Below, piece by piece: positions 34,974 to 46,612 of a DNA stretch of 64,000 nt. How positions within the stretch are numbered: the first letter of the stretch is position 1; each line of letters starts with the position of its first letter. Below the pieces are notes generated by a model. The model was not told the DNA's origin. It searched no databases and saw only the letters and a program-made list of their open reading frames with translations. Source of the stretch: Moniliella sp. 'wahieum' (taxonomy: Eukaryota); contig RSEE01000008.1 of the NCBI GenBank assembly GCA_003971905.1, positions 930,001 through 994,000 on the forward strand, written 5' to 3'. The position numbers were made by a program, and so were the translations under genes.

Positions 34974-35966
34974 CTAAGGCAGACGGATCGAGTCGATGCG
35001 AAGGCGCGTGTACTGTTCTTGGTGTGTTGAGTGACGCTTCCACTTGCGCGGCATGTGCCGCACCTTGATCCATACGGGCGAATGAGTGTGTTCGACGACG
35101 GTTGCCTCGATTTGCACGATCGGTTGGGCGGCTTCTCCCACCGCGCCAGCGAGGGCAGCCGAAGAGTACGGCTCCGATGGCGTCGCGCGGTTCCCAATCC
35201 GCTCGGCTTCGACGGGGGTGAGTCCAATGAGCGCAGACAGCGTAGCACCCTTGTTGGCAATTCCATCCACCGACGCAGCGTTGGCCTCCCAACTGTTTTC
35301 TTGCTGCAGGCCTCGCTGCACGGCATATTGCATCAGCGACTGGGTCCCGGGGGGCCCGGGCAGTTCACGGAACGAGCCAGGCACACGCAACCGCAGTGCC
35401 TCGAGTTCGGTATTGCGCAGCTCATTGGGCAACAGCACATTGTCCGCCGTCTTGCGCAGCTGCTTGGCCTGCAGGCGATGGTGCGTGCGACGCCAGAGCG
35501 ACTCTTGGGCACGCAGGACATAGTCCCGCGTACCAATTTCGTGGATGCGGTCCAAGTGCAGCACATCCCCAACGTGCACATCCGTCATGCCCGGCACGGT
35601 CACCACGTCGCCCGGCGCGACGAGGTAGGTCTTGCCCAAAAAGGAGACAACCGCATAGAGGTGGGTACTTTGGGATCGCAACAGCTCCACCGCCGTTTGG
35701 CGCTCCACCGCCTCCAGAGGCGTCTTCTTGTCCACCTTATCCGCGCGGAAGGACTTGGAAGGCACCTTGTATCCGGACCGGCTCATGATGTAGTGGCCGC
35801 GCTCCAGCGCGCTCGGCGTCACCTTGACTGACTCGGCATCCGTCTCGATTTCGTGGAGGATGAGGGGGCTGCGGCGCGGCGGCTGGGACTGTGCCTGGTG
35901 CACAGCGCAGGAGGTGGAGAGGGCGCGCACAGGCACCGCCCGCGCGGCCGCCGCCGCCCGGAGCAT
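34974..35966 (-). CDS. Mitochondrial large-subunit ribosomal protein bL21m
   Basis: Presequence MLRAAAAARAVPVRALSTS; L21 motifs LYAVVSFLGKTYLVAPGDVV, IHEIGTRDYVL, IEATVVEHTHSP, HQEQYTRLRI. Confidence 0.82.
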   Translation of the reverse strand: MLRAAAAARAVPVRALSTSCAVHQAQSQPPRRSPLILHEIETDAESVKVTPSALERGHYIMSRSGYKVPSKSFRADKVDKKTPLEAVERQTAVELLRSQSTHLYAVVSFLGKTYLVAPGDVVTVPGMTDVHVGDVLHLDRIHEIGTRDYVLRAQESLWRRTHHRLQAKQLRKTADNVLLPNELRNTELEALRLRVPGSFRELPGPPGTQSLMQYAVQRGLQQENSWEANAASVDGIANKGATLSALIGLTPVEAERIGNRATPSEPYSSAALAGAVGEAAQPIVQIEATVVEHTHSPVWIKVRHMPRKWKRHSTHQEQYTRLRIDSIRLP

Positions 35967-36394
35967 CGCGCCAGAGCCGCTGCGGACGAGGAGGACCATC
36001 GGGAGAGCAGTGGGCAGCGGGAAGAAGCGTGTGTGGGTGCAGCGCTTGCAGGCCCAGCGCAGCAAAGCCAACCTTCCGACGGCCCCCAGCGGGCGTTGCA
36101 CACCGATCGGCCGCGCGCTAGGGTTGGCGCTGCGCCCGACGCGAATATTTCTAAGCCTCAGCTGCGGCCGCTGCGCCCGCCGCGCTCACGTAAGCAAGCG
36201 GCCGGGCGCAGGCGGCCACGCGCGCAGCATCACCCACCACGCGGAGGGCTCATGCGTCAGCCGGCTGCCAGCACTCCGCTGCGCCGGCTGCGCACAGCGC
36301 CTGTGTCCGCGCCGCGCACCCCAGCAGTGTCGCTGGCGGGCAGCCGCTCTCTTCTTCTCTCCTCCCAGCCCTGCTGTGCCCCGCCTTGCCAAGC

Positions 36395-38140
36395 ATGCTC
36401 GCCCGCCCCGCTGGCCTCGCTGGCCTTGCTGCCCGCGTCGCTCCCGCGCTGCTCTCCGCGCTGCCCCCGCTGCTGCCCTCCGCGCTGCCCTCCCCTCGGC
36501 CTCCGCCTCGGCCTCCGTCGCCCGCGGCTACGCGACCAAGGCGGCTGCGTCCGAGGTGTCCTCCATTCTGGAGCAGCGCATCGCTGGTGCCGAGAGCGGC
36601 TTTGATGTCCAGGAAACCGGCCGCGTGCTGAGTGCGTAGCCTCCCTCCCTCTCCGCCTTTTCTCTCCTTGCTGTGCGCCGTCCCACTGACTCTCCGCCTG
36701 CCCCGCAGCGATTGGTGACGGTATTGCGCGTGTGTACGGCCTGCGGAATGTGCAAGCGGAGGAGATGGTTGAGTTCCAGTCGGGCGTGCGTGGCATGTGC
36801 CTCAACTTGGAAGCGGACAATGTGGGTGTCACCATCTTTGGTAACGACCGCAGCATCAAGGAGGGCGACTCGGTCAAGCGGACGGGCCAGATTGTCGATG
36901 TGCCCGTCGGCCCGGAACTTTTGGGTCGGGTTGTTGACGCTCTCGGCACCCCCATTGACGGCAAGGGCCCCATCAACGCCACCACCCGCCGCCGTATTTC
37001 GCTCAAGGCACCTGGTATTCTGCCCCGTCGCTCGGTCAACGAGCCCATGGCCACGGGTATCAAGCCCATTGATGCCATGGTGCCCATTGGCCGTGGCCAG
37101 CGTGAGCTGATCATTGGTGACCGTCAGACTGGCAAGACGTCGGTCGCGCTCGACACCATCCTCAACCAGAAGCGGTGGAACGATGGGGACGAGGAGAAGA
37201 AGAAGCTGTACTGTGTCTACGTTGCTGTGGGCCAGAAGCGGTCGACGGTGGCGCAGTTTGTCAAGGTGCTCGAGCAGCGGGACGCGATGAAGTACTCGAT
37301 TGTTGTCGCTGCCACTGCCTCGGAGGCTGCCCCGCTCCAGTACCTGGCGCCCTTCTCGGGCTGCGCCATTGGCGAATGGTTCCGTGACAATGGCAAGCAC
37401 GCGCTGATTGTGTACGACGACTTGTCGAAGCAGGCCGTCGCGTACCGTCAAATGTCGTTGCTGCTGCGTCGTCCTCCCGGTCGTGAGGCTTACCCCGGTG
37501 ACGTTTTCTACCTCCACTCGCGTCTGCTCGAGCGTGCGGCCAAGATGAACGACTCGCTTGGCGGCGGCTCGCTCACGGCTCTGCCTGTGATTGAGACGCA
37601 GGGCGGTGATGTGTCGGCGTTCATTCCCACCAATGTGATTTCCATCACCGACGGCCAGATCTTCCTCGAGGCCGAGCTGTTCTACAAGGGTGTCCGTCCC
37701 GCTGTTAACGTGGGTCTGTCCGTGTCGCGTGTGGGTTCGGCGGCCCAGACCAAGGTGTACAAGGCGGTTGCCGGTTCGCTCAAGCTGTACTTGGCCCAGT
37801 ACCGTGAGCTGGCTGCGTTTGCGCAGTTCGGCTCGGACTTGGACGCCGGCACGCGTTACACGCTGGAGCGTGGTGCGCGCCTGACGGAGCTGCTGAAACA
37901 GGGCCTGTTCCACCCGCTGGGTGTGGAGATCCAGGTGCCGATCATCTATGCCGGTGTCAACGGTCTCCTCGACACGGTGCCCGTGGACCAAATTGTGGCA
38001 TGGGAGAGAACTTCCGCGAGTTCCTCACCACCAAGCCCGAACTGCTCTCGGAGATTGCCAAGGGCACCATGACCAAGGAGCTCGATGCGCAGATCAAGTC
38101 GGTCGTGCAGGAGCACGTGGCGGGCTTCTTGGCCAAGTAA
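36395..38140 (+). CDS. ATP1: Mitochondrial F1 ATP synthase alpha subunit (intron 36632-36708; frameshifts near both ends)
   Basis: [29 protein letters not shown]-loop [45 protein letters not shown]. Confidence 0.98.
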
Positions 38141-38641
38141 ACGCCCAGCAGCGCGGGAGCTGGCTGGTTGGGAGGCTGCGACCAAACAATCTACATGCAA
38201 ACAGATGTGAGGGAGGGGAAGCGGGGGGGTGGTCGATGACGTAGGGGGGGGAGGGGGGGGGTGACGCGGTGACAGGTGTGCGTGTAAGTACTAAGTGGCC
38301 GAGCGGCGGCGGGGTTGTGTTACGTTAGCTAATCGTAATCGATAATCCAGCATGCACTGAGGCGGTGCTGTGCGCAGTGCTGTTCTCAGCTCAGCCTGAG
38401 CTCTCAGCACTCGGGGGGCCGGCTGAGGCACGGCACGGCTGGCCAGGGTGGCCGTCGGTTGGGCACGCCGGCCGGTCGGAGTATCTGACACGCTCTGTGA
38501 TGTGATCTCGATCCAATTTCCAACCCGTAGCCCATCCCGACGTCCGTGCAGCCCCCGCGCCCAACCGTCGTCCTCATCCTCGTCGTCCTCATCTCCATCC
38601 TCATCCTCATCCTCATCCCCATCGCCATCCCCACCGCCACT

Positions 38642-38755
38642 GCCATTCCCACCGCCATTCCCACCGCCATTCCCACCGCCATTCCCACCGCCATTCCCAC
38701 CGCCATTCCCACCGCCATTCCCACCGCCATTCCCACCGCCATTCCCACCGCCATT
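38642..38755. repeat. 12-bp minisatellite (GCCATTCCCACC) x9.5, preceded by a (CATCCT)n-type tract
   Basis: Direct inspection. Confidence 0.95.
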
Positions 38756-39369
38756 GCCGGCTGGTTGACCGTATCCGGCACGCCTCCGGCACCCATCATG
38801 TACGTTGCAACCCCCCCCTCGCCAGCAGCCCCGTGGCAGCGGCTGGGACAGGCGGGTCCATGAATGCTGACTGCCATGCCCTTCGCCAGCCTTTTGCTCC
38901 GCCTGCCCTCATCCGTCGCCCCTCCATCCCATCTCCCCGCAGCCGCCACGAGGGGAGCATTCGTTCTCTTCCCCTCAACCGCTCCCACTTTTCACTACCC
39001 TCCTTCCCCCCACGCCCTTTCCTCCGCATCCCTAGGTCCCAAAATGCAACCTGATAACCGCACACCCTTTCCACATGCACCAGCCTCCCGCCGGCACTCG
39101 TCGCGCCCCCAGCGCACCAATCCAATCGCCGGACCGCCTTCGTTAGCGTTGGACCCCGACTCGGATTCGGCTCCTGGCTCACGCCACCCAGAGACTCGAC
39201 CTTGTCACAGCGCACCATCCCGCCCCGATCGAACCGCCACTCCATTTTTCCAATGCTTCGGCACCGTAGTTTGGCGAAAGACAGCACCCGCCAACGAATC
39301 AAGAGCACCTTGTCCGCTCACTCTTCTGCCGGCTCCGTTCCACCACCGTCAGCCCCAAGTTCGAGCTCT

Positions 39370-42300
39370 ATGACGAGCCACGAGCATGCGACAGAGTCTA
39401 TGGAGGAGGAGGTGGATACGGTGCCCATCACGACCATACTGACCCCCTCCTCGTCCAACTCCTCCCTCTCGTACCTTACCCTCCCAGGAGGACGCAATGC
39501 GGTGAGTGCTCCCATCGTCCCCAACAGTGCCTCTTCACTGGACCAGGGGCGGGGCAGTTCGAAACATCACAAGTTCCATATCGTGCGTCTTTTTGGGCGT
39601 CGTGGCAAGCAGCACGGATCTGTGGCATCAATGGGAGGTCACTCTTCTCGCAATGGCAATACAGGCCCGCCTTCGCTCCCTGAATTGCACCAGCCCGTAT
39701 CCACGCCCTCACTCGAGGGTGCTAAGCGGAGCAGGAACAAAGTCAATACGCCCTCGGTCCGAACGACCGCAATTGCTGGCGTTCGGCATGCCTACCAGCG
39801 TTGGTCTTGACGTTGAACTAGAGGACGCAGAACGCGCAAGGGCTGCGCCCGCTGCGCCCCCCACGCCCACTTCCCAAGCTCCGTCGTTTTCCTCCTTGGC
39901 CCAGCCCCCCGAGGGTTCAGCTGCTTCCAGCCAACCTCTGCTCAAACCGGCAACAAGCCGCAACTCAGCTCCCCGGGGCAACCCTTCCAATCCTCCATCG
40001 ACTTTGGAAAGTGGTCATGGGACGACCCTGCCGTACCTTCAAAACCCTCTCAGGCCCCGCTTACTTCTTCGGCGGCCACTTCCTCCATCCCTCCCATTCC
40101 ACCTCTCCCTACCCCTGCATCTTCGACGCTCCCACCAAGGCGCACCTTTGTCTCGGGCCACGCTTCAAAGGAGTCGGCGTCCTTGCTGGCGCAACGCTCA
40201 TCTGCCATGTCTCCCCCCCCGCCAAGTGTCAAGCTCTCTGGCGACGTGTCCCAGCCGAGTCCACCACTGCCCGACCTGGCAATCTTACCTGCGAAAACTG
40301 CCTCGGGTGAAACTCGGTGGCGATCCAACTCGGAGTCGCGACCTTCAGCTTTTTCTCCCATAGACGCTTCGCCAGGCTCATCCCGTCGTCCGTCGCGCCA
40401 ATCCGCATCACGCATATCCCCATGCACGTCTACGGCCCACATTGAAGCAGTTCGCTTACCTAGCTTCTCCCTCCCCTCGTCGGGAAACCGGGACCAGGTC
40501 TTTGTCGCTTCTCCTTCAACCGTTCCGGATCCAGGCTTTGCCGGTCCATCCAGGGCTGGGAACAGACACTCTTCGATTCCTGATACTGCACCTCTCCGTG
40601 TGGCCCAGGGAACGGGTCCAACCAGCTCGGTCAAAGACATGTCTACCTCCCCAGGATCCGGAGCAACGGACCCGCTAGGGCGCGGACCTTCCAATTGGTC
40701 CGCTCCGCCCAGTTGGGCGGTCGAACCGGTCGGCGGGACTAGTGGAAATGGACCATCCTCCCTTGGCAAGGTCACCGGCACTTCCAACTGGATCGCGCCC
40801 CCATCCTGGGCGGTCGAGGGGGAGATGCAAGGGCAACGGCGATCAACCTCTTTCAGTTCTGCGTCTGTCCCAGCGGGCGAGCCCACGGCCACGGGCACAT
40901 CCACCTGGATGGCGCCGGACTCGTGGGCCGTTCAAGCGGAGCAAGGCGCTCGCGAATCGGGTGACTCGGATGAGGAAGACTTGTCTCGGCCCCTTGAATC
41001 ATTGGACCTCGCTAGCGGCTCCCGTCTGGATCCTGCCTCTGGGCGGGCCAACCGGGCTGCCGGCTCACCTCTCAATCCTGGCCACCGTTCACGTCGGCCT
41101 GTCCTTTGGATGGGACACGTTGAGTTCGCTTGCGCCCCGTCCAGAGCCCCGTCACGACCCATCTGGACAAAGCCCTTCGCACGACCGACTTGGCGGGACC
41201 CACTGGGTTCGAACCAGAGCCTGACCTGCCAGGTCCCGCCGTCTTGTCCTCGGGCCTGGACCGCGGCTGATGCCGACGCCCCCCCTATCTCAGTGCAGTA
41301 CGCCCACATCCTCCTTCCCTCTCCCATGAGTCGGGCTCGATCCGCCGCCCATCAAATGCTGCCTCGACGGCCCCAGCCCGCTCCGTCGACACGATCGAAG
41401 AGGTGATGGGCCCGCTTCGGCCGGCCCAGGCTACCCGGTCGCGCGGACGGACGGAATCGCCGTCTCGTCCCGGCTCGCCGGACCGCTCCCTCTCTCGGCT
41501 GCGCCGCAAAGAGGAACCGGATGAAACAGGGACACGAACGAGTGCGTGGACGGATGCGCGTGCGGATGCCGGCAGCTTGGCCAAGCTGGCCACCAAGCCT
41601 CGGGTGCCCCCACGCGCCACCACCCCGCGAGGCCCAGTGGCGCATTCGCAGCTGCTTCCGGAGCTGTAGGAACGGCGTCCCTCTTTGGGCGGCGTACTGG
41701 CTCGCCACGCGTGCCTGGTTTGGGTCGATGCCATCAGCATCACCATCAACATCACCATCATCGCGATCGAGGGGAGCGGGAGCGGGCGGGACCATCCAGG
41801 GAGCAGCATGGTTGTGGGAGGGACGAGCGACCAGTTGCCTGGCCAAGCGGCATCGCGTCCTCCTCCTCATGGTGCATTTGGTAGTATCATACAAATCGGG
41901 TACGACGCGGCTTCCATTGACTCGCTACAGTCGGTGATGGGATGAGTACCTTTGCCCCCCCAGCCTCAGATGAGGAGGACCTATTAAGCTTGTACCGGCA
42001 TATTGCCCACGCAAGGAACCCATTCGTCGGCTAGGTCGTTCTTCCGTCCAGCTTCCAATGCGAACGCATCGGATGCTGCTTCTACATCGAATCGGTTGAC
42101 GGACCTCAACTTGGTCCGCATTTACCGTCCTGACGGAACCTTTGCCACGCTCCGTCTCACGCTGCAAGATACAGCGGCCGAGTGCAAGGCCATCATCTCG
42201 CGCAAGGTGTCGTTCATGTCGGCTACCACGTCGGCGTGCCGTCTCTTTGTTAGAGACAAGGGTGCCGGTAAGTCTGGCTCCTGTTTTGCCGAGTGTGTAC

Positions 42301-45300
42301 TGACCTGTGGGACTGAAAGAACGCCCATTGGGCCCCAACGAGAAGCCTGCGATGATTCAGCGCGACGTCTGATCCAAGCTGGGTACAACGACTCGGACGG
42401 ACTGGAGGATTGAGCAAGGAAGACCTTTCCTACTTCATCAAATTTATTTACCGCCCTGACATTGTCCCCGGTTCGATTCGGAAAGCTTTGGGAACGACAA
42501 GGCACGCTATGCTCATCTCGACTTGCACAGTCGCAATCTGGAGATGGTCCCCATCTTTCTCTACCGACATGCCGACTGGATTGTATCTCTGGACTTGTCG
42601 GGCAATCCAATGTCGGATGTTCCGGCGGACTTTGTCCAGATGTGCACGCACCTCCGCCGCCTTCGCCTCGCCAACTTGACACTCAAACGGATCCCCCCGG
42701 GGTGCGTGTCTCGTCGTCGCTCACCCATCTCGACCTGAGCAGCAACGCATCCTCCAGCTCGAACCCTCATTGGAAGGGTGTCGGGCCCTGCAGTCCATCA
42801 ACGTGCTCAACAACCGTTTGTATCAATGCCCCCCTGGGTACCAAGAGTAGACACGCTGCGCTCGCTCAACTGTCCAATAATCGCTTTGACACCTTCCCAC
42901 GCATCGTCTCGGCTCTGTCCAATCTGGCCGAGCTGGATCTTTCGTTCAACAGCATTCGTCAGCTTCCGCCCGAAATTGGCCAATTGCAAAGCCTAGAGCA
43001 GTTGATTCTGGTGGGCAACTCGATCGAGGACCTGCCGGCTGAGATGGCCCAGCTGAGTACTCTCCACACCATTGATTTGTGCCGCAACTTGGTTCACGAT
43101 GTCAGCATTCTGTTTCACATGCCCCGGATTAATGTGGTCAGGTGCGGCCACAATGCGATTCGTCACTTTGAGGCGACGCTGGGGGAGCGGATGCGGATCC
43201 TCGAAGTGGGCCAGAACCCGATGACCAAAGTTTCTCTTGCCGCCCCCTCACGTCTGACTTGACCAGCCTCAACTCAGCTCGACCAACATGGCCCGTCTGG
43301 ACGAGGGTCTGTTCCGTCTTTTGCCCTCGCTCACCGAACTCGTATTGGATCGCAATTTGTTACCCTTCCTGATTCGCTGGGCGAGCTGGCTAACTTGGCC
43401 GTATTTAGCTGCAACAACAACAATTTGGCCACTCTGCCCGACTCGATCGGAAACTTGCGCAACTTGTCCAGGCTCAACATTCAGAACAACAACCTCAAAC
43501 GCCTTCCTGCCTCGATCTGGAATTGTGCTTCTCTCAAGCACTTGAATGTCACCTCCAATTTACTCGAAGCATTCCCATTACCACCTTGGTCCCTGGTCCG
43601 TCTACTGCAACCCCAGCAACCAGCTCCATCTCGTCTAACCCTGTGATGCATCAACAGGCACTGTCCTGGCCCCGTTCGAGTCGGATCGGAAAGGTTCCGT
43701 TGCTTCGCTTCAGCCCCCTGGACCGACTGGATGGCCCACTCGGTTGAGGAGGCCCGTCCGTTAGCCAAGAGCTTACGCCAATTCCGAGCTGGCGACAACA
43801 TTTGGCCGACGATGTGTTTACCATTCTCCGTCTCTTTAAGCATCTGGAAGTGCTCAATCTGAGCTTTAACGAGATTTACGAGGTGCCGCCCCACACCTTG
43901 TCCCAGCACAAGCAACTTCAAGAGCTGTACCTGTCTGGAAACAGTCTTGCTAGTGTTCCCGAGGACTTGTCAGAGTTGCACAACCTCAAGGTGCTCTTCC
44001 TCAATGGCAACAAGCTCCAGACCCTGCCGGCCGAGCTGGGGCAGATGAGTGCGCTGGTTGAGTTGGACGTGGGCAACAACAACCTCAAGTACAACATTGC
44101 CAACTGGGCGTACGATTGGAACTGGAACAACAACCCCCAGCTGCGCTATTTGAACCTGAGCGGCAACCCCCGCTTTGAGATCAAAGCCAAGATCTTACGA
44201 TCAACGGTCGCCGCAAGAACATTTCTGACTTCAACGATCTGCGCTCGTTGCGCGTCTAGGCCTGATGGACGTTACGTCGCCGCGAAATCGACGCCGGACG
44301 AGTTGATCAACCGTCGTGTGCGCACCTCCCTCTCCAAGGTGAACCACATGTCCTATGGCATTGCCGATGCGTTGGGCGACCGAGAGGAGATGAGCACGGT
44401 GGATGTGGTGGTACCCATGTTCCGCAAGGTCGAGACAGAGGCACTGCTGGCCATGTTTGACGCGCGCGGACAAGTATCGTATGGGGGAAGTAAGATCTCT
44501 CGCTTCATGGCCGAGGCAATTGCGATCCAGTTTGAGAAGCAGTTGGCGCTCCTGGGTCCCGGAGGCAATGGTGCGACGGTGGAAGATTGTCTTCGTCGGA
44601 CCTTTTTGCAACTCAACAGCATCTTTACCGACTTCTCTCCGAGGAACCCGAACGCCGCACCTCCGATCTTGCTTCCGTCGACGCTCTGAAGACCATCTTC
44701 CCACTAAGCAGTTGGATGGGGCGTCCACCCCGGATTGGGCTGAGGGTTGCTCCGCCATCGTGGCGTACGTTGCGGACCATATGTTGTACATTGCCAATGC
44801 AGGCGATGCGCTGGCGGTTCTGTCGCACAATGGCGGTCAAGCCGAGTTGATCGCGACCAACCATTCGCCCTTTGACCGAAACGAGACCCAGCGAATCCGT
44901 GCGGCCGAGGGGTGGGTGTCTCTGGACGGCTGTGTGAACGGCCAGTTGGAGGTGTCGCGCGGGTTTGGGTACTACAATCTCTTCCCAGTGGTCAACGCGG
45001 CCCCAGCGGTGCACACGGTGCATCTGTCCGATTCGCACGAGTTTGTGATTATTGCGAATCGGTCGTTATGGGAGGTTTTGTCCTACCAGACGGCCGTCGA
45101 CATTGCGCGCATGGAACGGGACGAACCAATGATCGCGGCCCAGCGACTTCGGGACCTCGCCATCTCGTACGGCGGAGATGAGAGCATCATGGTCATGGTC
45201 CTCTCGGTCGCCGACTTGTTTGGCAACCGACGCGGCTTTGATCCGCTCGCTGCCGACGTGATGCGACGGCAACGCTTTGGTGCTGGCGCTAGCTTGCCCG

Positions 45301-46612
45301 CCGATCGTACCCTCGCCCGCCTCGAACGCGAAATTTCTCCCCCGATTGGTCAGATTGCACTGGTATTCACCGACATTAAGAACTCGACCCACCTGTGGGA
45401 AACCAACTCGGGCATGCACACAGCCATGCGGATCCACAACACGCTCCTGCGACGACAGTTACGTACCGTGGCGGGCTTTGAGGCCAAGGTGGAAGGCGAT
45501 GGCATGATGGTACGTTTCCCAGTCTGGGTTGCTGGGGAGGAGATGATCTGACAAAACATTCTGTTGGCGGCGCTTTCAGGCTAGTTTTTCGTCGGTTGCG
45601 GCCGCATTGTTGTGGTGTTTCAATGTCCAGATTGGTTTGCTGCATGAGGACTGGCCGCAAGAGTTGCTGGAAAGTGAGATGGCAAAAATCTGTGACGAGC
45701 ACGGCAACGTGATCTACCGTGGACTCCGTCTCCGCATGGGCATTCATTGGGGCAGTCCCGTGTGTGAGCCGGATCCGATCACGGGACGGATGGACTACTT
45801 TGGTCCGATGGTCAACCGCGCCTCGCGAATCGCCAGTGCGGCCGATGGAGGCCAGATCTTGTCAGCAACGACGTGGTGCAAGCGTGAGCGAAACGATTGG
45901 TGCGTTTGATCGCTCCAACCAGATCCGCAGCATGGATGGGGAGGACGAGTATCCCATGTCCAACGTCAACGTCAATCGCAACGTGATCCTGTTGCGTCGG
46001 ATGGGCTTTGAGATCACAGAGATTGGATTCCGGCGACTCAAGGGGCTGGAAACGCCCGAGCTGCTGTACCTCGCCCTCCCGCAGCCGCTTATTGGCCGGT
46101 TGAACAGCGATCACACCCTGCCCATCGAGGCCCATCCGGCTCATGTGTTTGAGCCAACGGTGCAACTACTCAACGCTCGCCAGGTGCACGAGATTGGTCT
46201 GCTGTGCTTGCGCGTCGAAGCTCTTAGTAATGGCCATCCCTTCCCGGGCATCATGGCCATGCACGGAGGACAAGCCCGGATGCGGTACATTGAGGATGCC
46301 GTGACGGCCAAGCCCGAGATTCTCGTTTGTATGATTCATGACGATGCATCCGACAAAGAGTTGGCCTTGGTCCTGATCCAGCTCACCGTCCGTTTGGCCA
46401 ACGCGGTGGCCAAGATGACGCTCGACATGGTGGTACGCAACATGCCCCGTATCACCTCCTCCCCCGACGCTTCGGGCTGGAATGCGGACATCCCCGTGCC
46501 CATCTCCCAGGGCGAGAACGCTGGACAGCCACAGACGGATGCGCTGGGCTTGTCCCTCGGCGAATTGCAGCACCTCGTACGTCACCTACAAAGCCTGACC
46601 CAACTACTGTAA
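39370..46612 (+). CDS. CYR1: Fungal adenylate cyclase (RA domain, LRRs, PP2C-like domain, class III catalytic domain); start uncertain, many frameshifts, introns near 42268 and 45510
   Basis: RA-like VRIYRPDGTFATL; many LxxLxLxxN repeats; YNIANWAYDWNWN; PP2C-like LYIANAGDALAVLS and LEVSRGFG; catalytic IALVFTDIKNST, KVEGDG, GLRLRMGIHWG, MDYFGPMVNRASRI. Confidence 0.95.

Noticed and set aside
36528..37991. 487-aa antisense ORF over ATP1
   Set aside because: It mirrors the ATP1 codons. Stop-free antisense frames are expected opposite strongly codon-biased high-GC genes, and no protein motif is visible.
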